From: Methanobacteriota archaeon
Lineage (GTDB): Archaea > Methanobacteriota > Methanobacteria > Methanobacteriales > Methanobacteriaceae
Direction of reading: 5' to 3'
DNA: 64,000 bases
NCBI GenBank assembly: GCA_963787255.1
Contig: CAWBCJ010000026.1
Location: 1-64,000 of the forward strand
Position numbers and translations under genes: made by a program. Positions 11,187 to 22,251 of this stretch are shown piece by piece (positions within the stretch are counted from its first letter, which is position 1; each line of letters opens with the position of its first letter). The notes under the pieces are model-generated. The model was not told the DNA's origin. It was given only the letters and a program-made list of their open reading frames with translations, and made no database searches.

Positions 11187-11489
11187 TCATTGAATACAAC
11201 AATAAATTTCTTTAATTACAGGTTCTGCGCCGTATTGATGTCCAATGGCAAAAAATTCATCGTTAATTATTATATTTTCCATTTTAGATGCGCTAAAAAG
11301 TTTCCACCCAAGGGTATTACCCGATTTACTTTGCCCTTTAACTTGATAGGCTCTTAAGACTTCGTTATCATCCTTGGTAAGTCCATAGCAATATGGTTCA
11401 ACTATACGTGTGCTATCTTCGTAATTAAATTGGATTAGTTGCTTTGATTTTATGGCTGAACAGATTATTTTTTTAATATTATCTTCCAT
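11187..11489 (-). CDS. Stand-alone WYL-domain protein
   Basis: AIKSKQLIQFNY..RIVEPYCYG..LRAYQ..WKLF..KM matches the WYL fold; no HTH or WCX. Confidence 0.8.
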   Translation of the reverse strand: MEDNIKKIICSAIKSKQLIQFNYEDSTRIVEPYCYGLTKDDNEVLRAYQVKGQSKSGNTLGWKLFSASKMENIIINDEFFAIGHQYGAEPVIKEIYCCIQ

Positions 11490-11821
11490 ACAATTATTAT
11501 GTGGATAATATAATATTAAAATATTTTTAAAAACAGTAAAAAAAAGTAACTACTATGGTAATATGGGATGTATACCTTAAATCCTATTTTTAACATATCA
11601 TAAACATTTAATTGTATTATAATTTTCTAAATAATGTTTTCTCACTACCATATTTCAAAACCCTACAAATAGACATCAACAAAAAACAAGAACGAGTGCA
11701 TGAGCACATTTATGAAGAAACAAAAGAATACAGTTTTTTACTCATGCATCCCCATGCAGCTGCAATTCATAATATTATTTTAGATGATTTTCTTATCATT
11801 TTCCTGTTTAGGAGCATTCAC

Positions 11822-14800
11822 TCATTCAATAGGAATTGTAAAATAAAAAGTAGAACCCACACCCAACGAGGACTCCACCCAAACACGACCACCATGGCGA
11901 TCAATAATTCTCTTCACAATAGCTAATCCAATTCCTGTACCTTCATATGCATCAATGGTATGTAAGCGCTTGAATACTTCAAATATTTTGTGAGTGTATT
12001 GTTTTTCCATTCCTATTCCATTATCCTTAACTGAAAAAACCCATTCACGTTTTTCTTTATCTGTACCCGCAGAAATATGAATTCTTGAAGGTTCCTCATC
12101 CTTTTTAAACTTAATTGCATTACCAATCAAGTTCTGGAAGACCCTAACCATCTGATCAGGATCCGCAATAACATTTGGAAGATTATCATGCGTAATTTCA
12201 GCACTAGACTCATCAATAGCATATTGCAAGTTAGAAACAGCCTTTTCAACCTTAGCATTCATATCTGTTTTAACAAACTCTATTCCAGCCCTATTAACAC
12301 GTGAATAATCCAATAAACCCTGAATCATACCCTTCATCCGGGTTGCACCACTAACCATAAAATCAATGAACTCATCAGCATCACTATCCAACTGGCCACC
12401 ATAACGCCTTTGTATAAGCTGAGCATAACTAGCAACACTCCTCAAAGGCTCCTGAAGGTCATGACTAGTAATATAAGCAAAACTCTGCAATTCTTCATTA
12501 GAACGTTCTAACTCAAGTACAGTATCTTTAAGCTTAAATTCATTTTCTTTTACAAGTTGATAAGCTTCTTCAATTTCTACTGTACGTTCTTCAACTTTTT
12601 TTTCTAAATTATCATGAGCTTCTTTAAGCGCTTCTTCTGCTTGGAATTTTGCCAATGCTACAGCAAGGTAATCCGCCATTCTCTCCCAAAGCGCAATAGT
12701 TTCAGATGAAAACATGTCTTTTCGTTTGTCATTTAGTTGGAGGAGTCCTAAGAGATGTTCTCCAATCTGCAGAGGTATAAGTGCTACTGACTCGTATCCT
12801 TCCCCATTACATCGGTTACGTGTGCGTGCTTGTCGGTCTTCTTCACTGGTACTTGCAAGTAATTCCGTGGTGCTGTTAGTGTAGAAGCTTCCTTTTGATG
12901 TGAAGAATGGCTTTGATGGATTGAATCTGCCGCATATCACATTACCACACATACAATCTAAGATAGGATTGCCCCTACTATCACAAACAGGCTGCCCATT
13001 ATCATCATATTCACAAAGCAGGTTTTCCATCAACACAAACTCATTCGGGAAGCCTCGAGCTTCAAAATAAGGATAGTCACATCCGTCTTGTAATCGAATA
13101 CCCACAGCATTACAAGCAGATTGCTTTTGGAAAAATGTTACAGCTGATTGAACCAGATCTTGGATTCCAGTGCTCTCATTTACAAGGCGCAGTAATTCAA
13201 CTGTTACTTCCCGTTCCTGTTCAGCTTTCTTACGTTCGGTAATGTCATGTACCATTCCCAATGATCGGATAATTTGACCAGATTCATTTCGGAAATGTTC
13301 ACATTTTTCATAAACAATACGAATCTCACCAGTTGATTTTCTAACAACCCTATGCTCAATCTCATAAGTGTCCCTTCCCTCACGAAGAGACCCAGTATAT
13401 GCATCATCAACAGCTTTTCGATCATCAGGATGAATTGCTTCAAGGAATGCTTCATAAGTAGCGCCAAACTCCTGTGGTTGCAACCCAAAAATCCTATAAA
13501 CTTCATCAGACCAGTATAACTCGTTATTTACAATATCTAATTCCCAACTACCAAGATGAGCAATCTCCTGCGATCTATTTAACCGTATTTCGCTTTCACG
13601 CAGAGCATGATTACTATATATAAGTTCATCTCCTTGCTGTCTGAGCTCTTCATTTGCAACATGAAGCTCTTCAGAGGTATCCTGTAATTCCTCATTTGAT
13701 AATTGGAGTTCTTCAGTAGCATCCTGTAATTCTTCGTTAGAGACTTGTAATTCCTCATTTAATTGTTGCGATTCTTCTAATAATTTATTAACTCGTTCTT
13801 CTGCTTTTTTACGCTTAGTTATATCATAAACAAATCCAAGATTCCTGCTTTTACCACTAATAATAATTGGTTCGAGTGTTGTAAGTACAGTGCATTTTCC
13901 GCCAGATTTAGTTTGTATTTCAACTTCTAAATCCTGTATCTTACCCTTTTCATAAGTTTCATTCATTATACTATCACGATTTTCAGCATCCATGATATTT
14001 AATTCAGCAGTACTGTGGCCAATTAATTCAGCTTTACTATATCCAGTCAAGCCCAAATAGCTTTCATTAGCCTCAATAAACTTTCCCTTCTTCATCAGTT
14101 AAAACAGTACCAACAGGAGAGGAATGGAAAATTTTGAAAAACTTTTCCTCACTTGCTTTAAGTTTTTCTCCAGCTTCTTTACGCTCGGTAATGTCTTCTA
14201 CAGTACCTACAAGGCTTGTTGCCATTCTATCACTACCTTCGCCTTCGAAGGTGGCGATACCATGTGCTTCAATCCACCGCACCGACCCCTCACGGAATAT
14301 ACGATACTCTGCAGAGTAAGGTTGTGGATCTGCAGGGTCAAGCGCGGCTTCTACCTTCGCCCAGACCTGTGGCAAATCATCAGGATGCAAACGCTTAAGA
14401 ATCTCCTCGTTTGGACGTTGACTGCCCGAAACTCCGAAAATCTTTTTATACTGCTCATCGTACGTGGAAATATCCGTCACCGGATCGTAGTGCCACCAGC
14501 CCATTTTTGCAGCATCCAAGGCAAGTTGCCGCTGCCGGGCAAGTTGCCGCTGTTTTATCTCTAATTGCTTACGCTTAGTGATATCGTAGTGAAGCCATAA
14601 CCTACCATAAGGTTTTTCCTCGACATATAGGGGAACAAAATCCCGCAGACATGTACGTCCACTTTGCATGGGAACTTCTTCACCAATTACAGGTTTCGAA
14701 CGACTAACAATTTCCCGGATATGACTAATTGATTCTTCAGGATTTTGATAAACATTCTTAATCTTTTTGAGCATTTCGGAATCTGTGATTCCCACCAGAT

Positions 14801-16656
14801 CTTCTGGTGATTCTGTGAGACTAAAATAGTCGCAGAATGCTTGATTTACAAATTCAATCCGGTTATCTTCTGTCACCAACAAAACAGCCGCATGCATACT
14901 TGAAATAATGGTATAGAAACGTTGCAAAGTAGTATGCAGTACTTCATCGGCCATTTTACGTTCAGTGATATCATAAATGAAATTAATAAACCTGATTTCA
15001 CTACCAAGTCTTATTGGTTTAGAACCAAGAGTTATGATACGTTTTTCACCAGATTTGGTGTGCATTTCAAATTCTATATCCTGTATTGAACCTTTTTCTT
15101 GTAATTCAGTCGAATACTGCTTGCGTTTTTCAGCATCTATCAAATTTAATTCTGCTGAAGTATAGCCAATAACTTCATCCCTACTATAACCAGTTAAATT
15201 CAAAAAACTATCATTAACATCAATAAATCTACCTTCGTGCATCACTCAAGGTCATGATAGCGGGATTAGCATGGAAAGCCTTAGAAAACTTCTCCTCACC
15301 CTCATGAAGAGCATTGTTAATCTGTAACAATTCATCCCCTTGCTGTCTGAGCTCTTCATTCGTAACTTGAAGCTCCTCAGTAGTACATTGTAACTCTTCG
15401 TTAGAGACTTCTAATTCTTCAGCAAACTGTTGTACCTCTTCTAATAGTTTTTGTTTTTGTTCTTCTGCTTGTTTTCGTTCTGTAATGTCTTCAAAAATAA
15501 CAATAGCAGCAATAGCCTTACCATCTGAATTAAGTATAGGTGCTGTACTGGCAAGTATAGGAATAACAGTGCCATCAGGTTGCTCCATAATCATTTCTTC
15601 GTTATGTATTGTTTCTCCTTTTAGAGCACGGCCTGTAGGGCCCTTCCCAATTGGATATTCTGAACCGTCTATTCTTCTTGCCTTAATTTTACTTACTGCA
15701 TAATCTAAATTCAAATTTGTAATATCAATGCCGTAAAGCTGCTTGGCACGTTTATTAATGTAAGAGATTTTACCGTCAGATGCCTCAATAATGACCACAG
15801 CAGCAGGAGTAGTCTCTAAAATGGTTTCTAAGCGTTTCCTTTCAAGTTCAGTTTGCGCTTTAGCCTTTAAAAGCGCTTCTTCAGCTTGTTTACGTTTGGT
15901 AATGTCACGAACAAAGCCGTCTATACCTTGAATTTGACCTTCATCATCATAATAAAATTGAGCATTTAAAGATATCCAAATAAATGTACCATCCCTTTTC
16001 ACTGCTTCAACTTCGTAATCATTCAATTTACCCTGCTTATTTAATTCCGCCATCAAATATTTTCTATCTTCAACATTTTTGTATAAAGGAATGGCAGTCA
16101 TACCTATCATTTCTGGAACTGAACCAAATCCATATATACGCGCTGCAGAAGGACTGGCCATGATAATTTTCCCTTCTTTATCTAAACGGAAGAAACCATC
16201 TTGAAGATTTTCAATAATACTTCGATAATTCTCCTCACTTTTTATTAAAGCTTTTTCAGCTTTTTTGCGGTCGGTTATATCTGTTCTAAGTATTGCAAAG
16301 AGGTTATCCTGCATATCAAAACCTGAAACAAGGAAATACTTGTCCGTAGGGGGATAATATACTTCAAATGGTTTAAATTCACCTTTAACAAGAAATTCAT
16401 TAATAGCTTCAAAATAAGGTTTAAGAAAATCTGAACCAAATAAATCCATTGCATTTTTACCAGTAGCATCTTCAGGATTGATATCCATAGTTCCAACAGT
16501 TACAGGATTCATATATTCGATGATACCATCAATTGCTTCGCCTTCATCATCGAAAATTAGTTTATAGACTGTTATTCCTTCAAGCATGTTGTCAAATGCC
16601 TTAAACTGGTTTTCAATTACAGATTTATATAATTTTTCCATTGTATTCATCTTCAT
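11822..16656 (-). CDS. Large cytoplasmic multi-PAS/GAF sensor histidine kinase, split into three ORFs by two single-base insertions (about 15237 and 14083)
   Basis: Repeated PAS-PAC ends (DITERKKAE), GAF, H-box SHDLQEPLR, N-box FQNLIGNAIKF, DNGIG, GTGIGL; removing one base at each junction restores an intact PAS start. Confidence 0.9.
13640..13780 (-). repeat. 21-bp imperfect tandem repeats encoding (N/T/S)EELQ heptads
   Basis: NEELQVSNEELQDATEELQLSNEELQDTSEELHVANEELRQQ. Confidence 0.8.
15340..15445 (-). repeat. Second block of EELQ heptad repeats
   Basis: AEELEVSNEELQCTTEELQVTNEELRQQ; shares DNA (tgctgtctgagctcttcatt, tcttcgttagagactt) with the first block. Confidence 0.8.
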
Positions 16657-16883
16657 GCATATAGTCCATAATAATGATTCATGTGATTTTAATATAAAAT
16701 AAAATTATAAAAAATTATTGTTCATTTTTATAAAATAAACTTTACTATTTTTTTACTACTATTTCCAATTCCATATAAGGGCAGTTTAAATGTTCTTAAC
16801 TATTCCCCTAAATTATAAAAGCAATTTAGAATGTAATGCATAACACGATTTTATAACAAATAATCGATAAAATTTACTGAATT

Positions 16884-19154
16884 TTAGGAATCTCCATCAC
16901 TTTTGACAGGTTCAACGGGTATAGTAAAGTAAAAAGTAGAACCCACACCCAACTCGGACTCAACCCAAACACGACCACCATGCCGTTCAACAATCCTTTT
17001 TACAACTGCAAGTCCAATTCCTGTTCCTTGATATTCATCCATAGTGTGCAGACGCTTGAAAACATCAAATATACGGCCCATATATTGTTCTTCTATTCCT
17101 ATTCCATTATCCTGGACACTAAAAATGTATTCATTACCAATTTTTTCGGCTGAAACATGAATTTTGGGTTTTATTTCTTCTTTCCGGAATTTAAGTGCAT
17201 TTCCTATAAGATTCTGGAATACACGTGCAATCTGTTTTTTATCCGTGACAATTACTGGGAGATTTTCATGAGTAACGTCAGCATGGCATTCTTCAATAGA
17301 CGAATGCATATTTGATAATGTCTGGTTTAGCGCTTCTTCAGCATTAAACTCATTCAATTCTTCATCTTTTCCTACACGTGAATAATCAAGTAATCCTTGA
17401 ATCATAGCTTTCATGCGGACTGCAGCAATCACAATATAATCCATGAACTCGTCAGCATCATTATCCAATTGTCCTTTATAACGCCTTTCCAGAAGCTGTG
17501 TAAAACTTGCAATCGTCCTGAGTGGTTCCTGGAGGTCATGGCTTGTAATGTAAGCAAAACTTTCTAATTCCTGGTTAGAACGCTCTAGTTCAGTTATTGT
17601 TTCTTTTAATTCTTTTTGATTTTCTTCTAGTTGTTTTAAAGCTCTGTAATGCATTAAAGATTCCGTAATAGCAGTTGTAATTACTTCCATTACTTCCATA
17701 TCCTCTTTGGAGTATCCACTTTTTTTATTTGCAAGCGCAATCAGTCCAATGACTTTATCACGGTATATTAGTGGTGCTCCCATAAATGAATTAATTGGAT
17801 AATGTCCATCAGGAAGACATGACCAGTAAGGACTATTTACTGGATCATTAAAAATCACGATCTTTTTTTCTTTTAATGCCCTGCTTCTAATCCCTCTTAT
17901 AACATTATCATTAACACTTTCAGGCCCTTGTACTTTAACCATATTACATGCTTGCCATCCGCGTTCGCTCACTGCAATACTATCAAATCGGCCTTTCTCA
18001 TTAATTCCACCTATAAAACTAAACTCACTGTTGGTGAGTTCTTCACAAACAGCAAGACAAATTTTACCGAATTCTTCTTCGCTTGAATTGATTATAGCAG
18101 CTCTAAAAATAGCATTAATTCCATCAAGAATCCTATTTTTCCGTTTAATTTCATCTTCTGATTTTTTAAGTTTTAATGTCCGTTCTCGAACTTTTAATTC
18201 TAAATTATCAAGTGTCTCTTTCAAATGTATCTCTGCTTTTTTACGCATTAAAGCCTCAACAAAAGCAACTGAAAGTGTCTCAATGTCATTCTTATCCTCT
18301 TCAGTATAACCCCCTTCTTTATTAGCTAAACCGATTAGCCCTATGGTTTCGCCTGCTTGTTTAAAAGGTACACCTAAAAATAAATTAACCGGAGGATGTC
18401 CTTCAGGAACACCTCGTCTATCGAGATCAGAGGAAGTATCATTCACGATTTGAGATTTTTCTTCTTTTATAACCCTTCCCCAATAACTTTGAACCTTCAT
18501 ATTTCGAGTTAATTTAAGAGCTTCTTTAAAAGGAGCATTACACATTTTCCAGCCAGTTTTATCTATAGCGATAGTATCCATGTTCCCATTGGTATTAATC
18601 AACCCAACAAAGCCAAATTTACTTTTTGTAATCATATTAGCTACATTAAGGCATGTGACGGCCACTTCTTCTTCAGTTTCACCAATTAAAGACTCCTGAA
18701 ACACTTTATTAATACCATCCAATAACATGTTTCTCCTGTCAATTTCTTCTTCAGCTTTTTTGCGCTCAGTAATATCTTGAATTTGCACTAAAAACCCAGA
18801 ATCAGTAACAGAAACAGTATAATCTAAAAATAAAACACCCTTTTTAGTGGGATAATAAAAACCAAGTTCTTTAATTTTTTCTAAATTTAATGGAGCTTGG
18901 AACTTAATAATACCTTTATCAGTTAATTCATCTTTCTTTTCTGCGATGAATGGATTATCAAACAAATTAATCCCTAAAACATCATCTAATTTGGATATCG
19001 CCATAATTTTAAGAGCGGAATCATTAGCATTAACTGCAATACCTTCTTTATCGTGGAAAAGTATTCCTATGGGTGATTGATTGAATATTTCCTGGAATTC
19101 ATCTTTTATTTGAGGTTTAGAATCCTTTATACTTGTTTTGTTGGTTCTTTCCAA
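16884..19154 (-). CDS. PAS + tandem GAF sensor histidine kinase
   Basis: PAS, two GAF repeats (IGLIGLANKEGGY / IGLIALANKKSGY), SHDLQEPLR, HATPase motifs; no TM. Confidence 0.93.
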   Translation of the reverse strand: MERTNKTSIKDSKPQIKDEFQEIFNQSPIGILFHDKEGIAVNANDSALKIMAISKLDDVLGINLFDNPFIAEKKDELTDKGIIKFQAPLNLEKIKELGFYYPTKKGVLFLDYTVSVTDSGFLVQIQDITERKKAEEEIDRRNMLLDGINKVFQESLIGETEEEVAVTCLNVANMITKSKFGFVGLINTNGNMDTIAIDKTGWKMCNAPFKEALKLTRNMKVQSYWGRVIKEEKSQIVNDTSSDLDRRGVPEGHPPVNLFLGVPFKQAGETIGLIGLANKEGGYTEEDKNDIETLSVAFVEALMRKKAEIHLKETLDNLELKVRERTLKLKKSEDEIKRKNRILDGINAIFRAAIINSSEEEFGKICLAVCEELTNSEFSFIGGINEKGRFDSIAVSERGWQACNMVKVQGPESVNDNVIRGIRSRALKEKKIVIFNDPVNSPYWSCLPDGHYPINSFMGAPLIYRDKVIGLIALANKKSGYSKEDMEVMEVITTAITESLMHYRALKQLEENQKELKETITELERSNQELESFAYITSHDLQEPLRTIASFTQLLERRYKGQLDNDADEFMDYIVIAAVRMKAMIQGLLDYSRVGKDEELNEFNAEEALNQTLSNMHSSIEECHADVTHENLPVIVTDKKQIARVFQNLIGNALKFRKEEIKPKIHVSAEKIGNEYIFSVQDNGIGIEEQYMGRIFDVFKRLHTMDEYQGTGIGLAVVKRIVERHGGRVWVESELGVGSTFYFTIPVEPVKSDGDS

Positions 19155-19299
19155 TTAAAAACACCTTGAGGTTTATATATTTTAATTATAATTATATTTT
19201 ATGATTTAATTTTCATAACAATCATTAAAAAAAATATTTTACTTTTCAGACGCTCTTGCACTAAACCCATTAAATACAACAACACTTAGTAGATTACAG

Positions 19300-19491
19300 G
19301 TGCAAAAAATGAACATGACAGATGCAACAGTACGCAAATGTAAGAATGTATCCATATTAATTGATAAGAAGATGCGAGAACGCAGAATAGAACATGACAA
19401 ATACATTATAATGCTAGATGAAAACAATCCATTCCAGAAGAATGAGCATATTAAAATTATGAGCAAAACTGACTTTGAAAAAAACTGTTAA
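19300..19491 (+). pseudogene. 3'-truncated copy of a hypothetical gene (repeat copy 1)
   Basis: About 170 bp similar to 21677-21840 (e.g. gaatgtatccat.ttaattgataagaagatgcg, attatgagcaaaactgactttgaaaa). Confidence 0.6.
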
Positions 19492-19534
19492 TTAACTGTT
19501 CAAGTACTCAAATAAAAAAAAATGAAAAAAGAGT

Positions 19535-21323
19535 TTATGTGCTGTTTGTGGTGAAACTACTGGATTTAAGAGCTAATGGATTACCAGCTAAGTCGGTCAC
19601 ACAACCTAGTATGCAGTATTATAGTATATTTAGTGCTTGCTGCAAGTAGGTCTGAATGATTAATAGTCAAAACAGTACCACTAACAGCTTGTTGTTACTG
19701 GTATTACTGTTCCGTTACTGGCTTTTAACTCCACCCAGCAATTGATTCCCTGTTTTTGATTGCTTCATTGAATGTTACTGTGATGTTTTTATTTATAGGA
19801 ACGTTTACCGCATTGTTTCCCGGATCAACAGCCATTAACTGTAGGCGGATGTACCGGCAGCTGAAAGTGCTACTTGTCCATAGCGCTAAAGGATTACCTG
19901 CTAAATCAGTTACACAACCAGTATGAAGGATTAAAGTATATTTATTTTCAGTTAAATTGTTATTTTGGTGTTATTTTTATATATTACCACTAACACTCTT
20001 ATCAAATAAAACCGCCACCCCATTACTATCTTTAAGCTCAACCCACAGACTACCTGCTTTAATTGACTCGTTAAAAGTACTAATCACCTTATTAACCGGA
20101 ACACTCACTGCATTATTAACCGGATCAATTATACTTACTATTGGTTGTATTAGATCAATAGTTACAGCACCGTTGAAATTTGGTTGTGATACAAAGAAGG
20201 GATCTGCAATCATATTTTTATATGCAGCCAGACTTTCAGGAGATGAATTAATCCTTAAATCTGATATACTGCCGTCATCGTTCTCCCACTGTTCATGCCA
20301 GTAGGAAAGTGCTTTAATTCGGGGATACCTATTATTTTTTATTGACTGTAGAGCATCTGTTATCCACTGTGCCTTTTTACCATCTCCAGTTTCCCAGGCA
20401 CCGTACTCTAAAACAGCTAATGGTTTTGTTGGTGACAGTGCTGCCATTTCTGGATATGCAACATCCATTATGGAAGTGAAATTTTCCCATGCTTCGCCTG
20501 GAACTCTTGGACCGTATGCACTGCAGCCAATCCAGTCTATATAGTTATCTCCAGGGTAATAAGCTGACATTTTATTCCATGATTCTTCAGGATAACTGTT
20601 AGAGTCAGGGTGGAACACATAAGTTATATTATCCGCACCTTCCCCTTTAAATATGTCAATTATATGTCTGTAAGCATCACGATATTTTTCAGGTCCATCT
20701 GCTAGGTTAGGGTCGCCATATCCATTTGTTGTAGCTCCACCATTTTTAATACCGCTCCACTGGAACCAGTCACCATTCATTTCACATCCAAATTCTACCA
20801 TCACTGGTATTCCTACAGCTTTACTTGTCTGTGCCCATGCTTTTAATTTGGCATCAAAGTCACCATCAATGATGTTTTGTAGGGTGTACGTATCTTCTGT
20901 GACGTATTCATCGGTAACAGTTCGAGGCATTAGCCTAATATATGGAATTGCACCTGTACTATTTATAGCCCTTACAGAAGCTTCTGGAAACTTAATACCA
21001 CTGGTTCCCCAGTTTTCTGAAAACATAGCCCAAACAATATCCTTACCAACCAAAGTCTCAAAATCAGTTACCTTTGTGGCTGTTACCTGGTCTTCTTCAT
21101 TTCCAAAGTATGGAAACGCAGAAACATAAACTCCATTAACTGGTGGGGCAAGTTTTAAAGGTTGTGAAGATGATGAAGGCGCTAATTCTGCATTACTACT
21201 GTTAGTAAGATTTTTAGAAATACTCGAATTAGGAGTTAAATTAACATCAGTTGCAATGCTAACTCCACAAAAAACAAAAAATAATACTAAGAAAATTAAA
21301 CCCAATAAAAATTTATTCTTCAT
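19535..21323 (-). CDS. Secreted GH26-like glycoside hydrolase with two C-terminal Ig-like (Big_5/SbsA) domains; C-terminal part carries several indels
   Basis: Signal peptide; FGCEMNGDWFQW, YYPGDNYIDWIG, KPLAVLEYG; two LHTGCVTDLAGNPL repeats at 19578-19631 and 19891-19942. Confidence 0.85.
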
Positions 21324-21676
21324 ATAAATAATATTTATCTTCCCTTAGTTATTAATTTTATGGTCATTATTATCCTCATAAACCTATAATATAAACTCTA
21401 AAGGCGTATACAATGCATTAAACGTAATCCCACTTACAAATAACACAAAAACCAAGCAGCGACTGCAATGTAAATGAAAAAAATATGAATGCCAACTACA
21501 GAACTAGTTATTAGTAAATTATTAACACTTTTAAGGGAATAAAATCCATCCTTTTTTTCTATTTTTTAAAAATTACTTTTCTAATGCACTCTCCTTCAAT
21601 CCACTTTGAGATATAAATCATATAATACACTAAATGATTAAATTGGAAGTTTTAGATGCATTAGTACTGTAAATGC

Positions 21677-22084
21677 AATGCAATAGTACGAAATGCATAG
21701 AATGTATCCATTTTAATTGATAAGAAGATGCGGGAATGCAGAATAGAACATGATAAGTGCATTTATAATGTTAGATGAGAATACTCCTTTTTGGACAGGA
21801 TGAGCGAGTCAAATATTATGAGCAAAACTGACTTTGAAAAGCGGGGTGAAATGATCAAATCATTAAAAACTGAAAGAAACAGCCTAAAAGATCAAGTAAG
21901 AAATCTTGAAACCCTTTTAGAGGTGCAGAAGAAGTTTATAGATAAAATTGAAAAATTAGAAACATCAAAAGACGATAATGGGAAATTTAAAGGGTTATTT
22001 AAAAACTTATTTTATATTTTTTTGCCCTCGTCAAGCAACCATGTAAATTTAGTTATAAAAGGGAAAGACTTATCGAGATTTTAA
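21677..22084 (+). pseudogene. Frameshifted hypothetical gene with C-terminal coiled coil (repeat copy 2)
   Basis: Homologous to 19320-19490, then continues MSKTDFEKRGEMIKSLKTERNSLKDQVRNLE. Confidence 0.6.
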
Positions 22085-22186
22085 GCATCTAGGTTTTTCA
22101 ATGCTCCGAAAATAAGATTGAGAGTGTTAATGCAATAGAATTTTCAAAACAGTATTTAATAATAAATTTTTAAAAAAAGATTGTTG

Positions 22187-22218
22187 GAAGAATTGTTTAT
22201 AATTCGAAACAATTCTTC
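22187..22218 (-). terminator. Stem-loop terminator downstream of the PG-binding protein gene
   Basis: Perfect 12-bp IR GAAGAATTGTTT-N8-AAACAATTCTTC followed on the minus strand by a T7 tract. Confidence 0.75.
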
Positions 22219-22251
22219 ATTGTAACTAAATATTATTTGTATTTTGTTGTT

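Noticed and set aside
11612-11926. 104-aa plus-strand ORF and TGCATGAG/CTCATGCA inverted repeat
   Set aside because: The ORF overlaps the kinase end and has no motif or SD; an 8-bp IR alone is too weak to call a MITE.
13640-13780. CRISPR-like periodic repeats
   Set aside because: They are contiguous 21-bp coding heptads with no spacers, and no cas genes are present.
14081-14087. GGGAAAG as a programmed -1 frameshift site
   Set aside because: It is in the wrong phase, and the required shift is +1.
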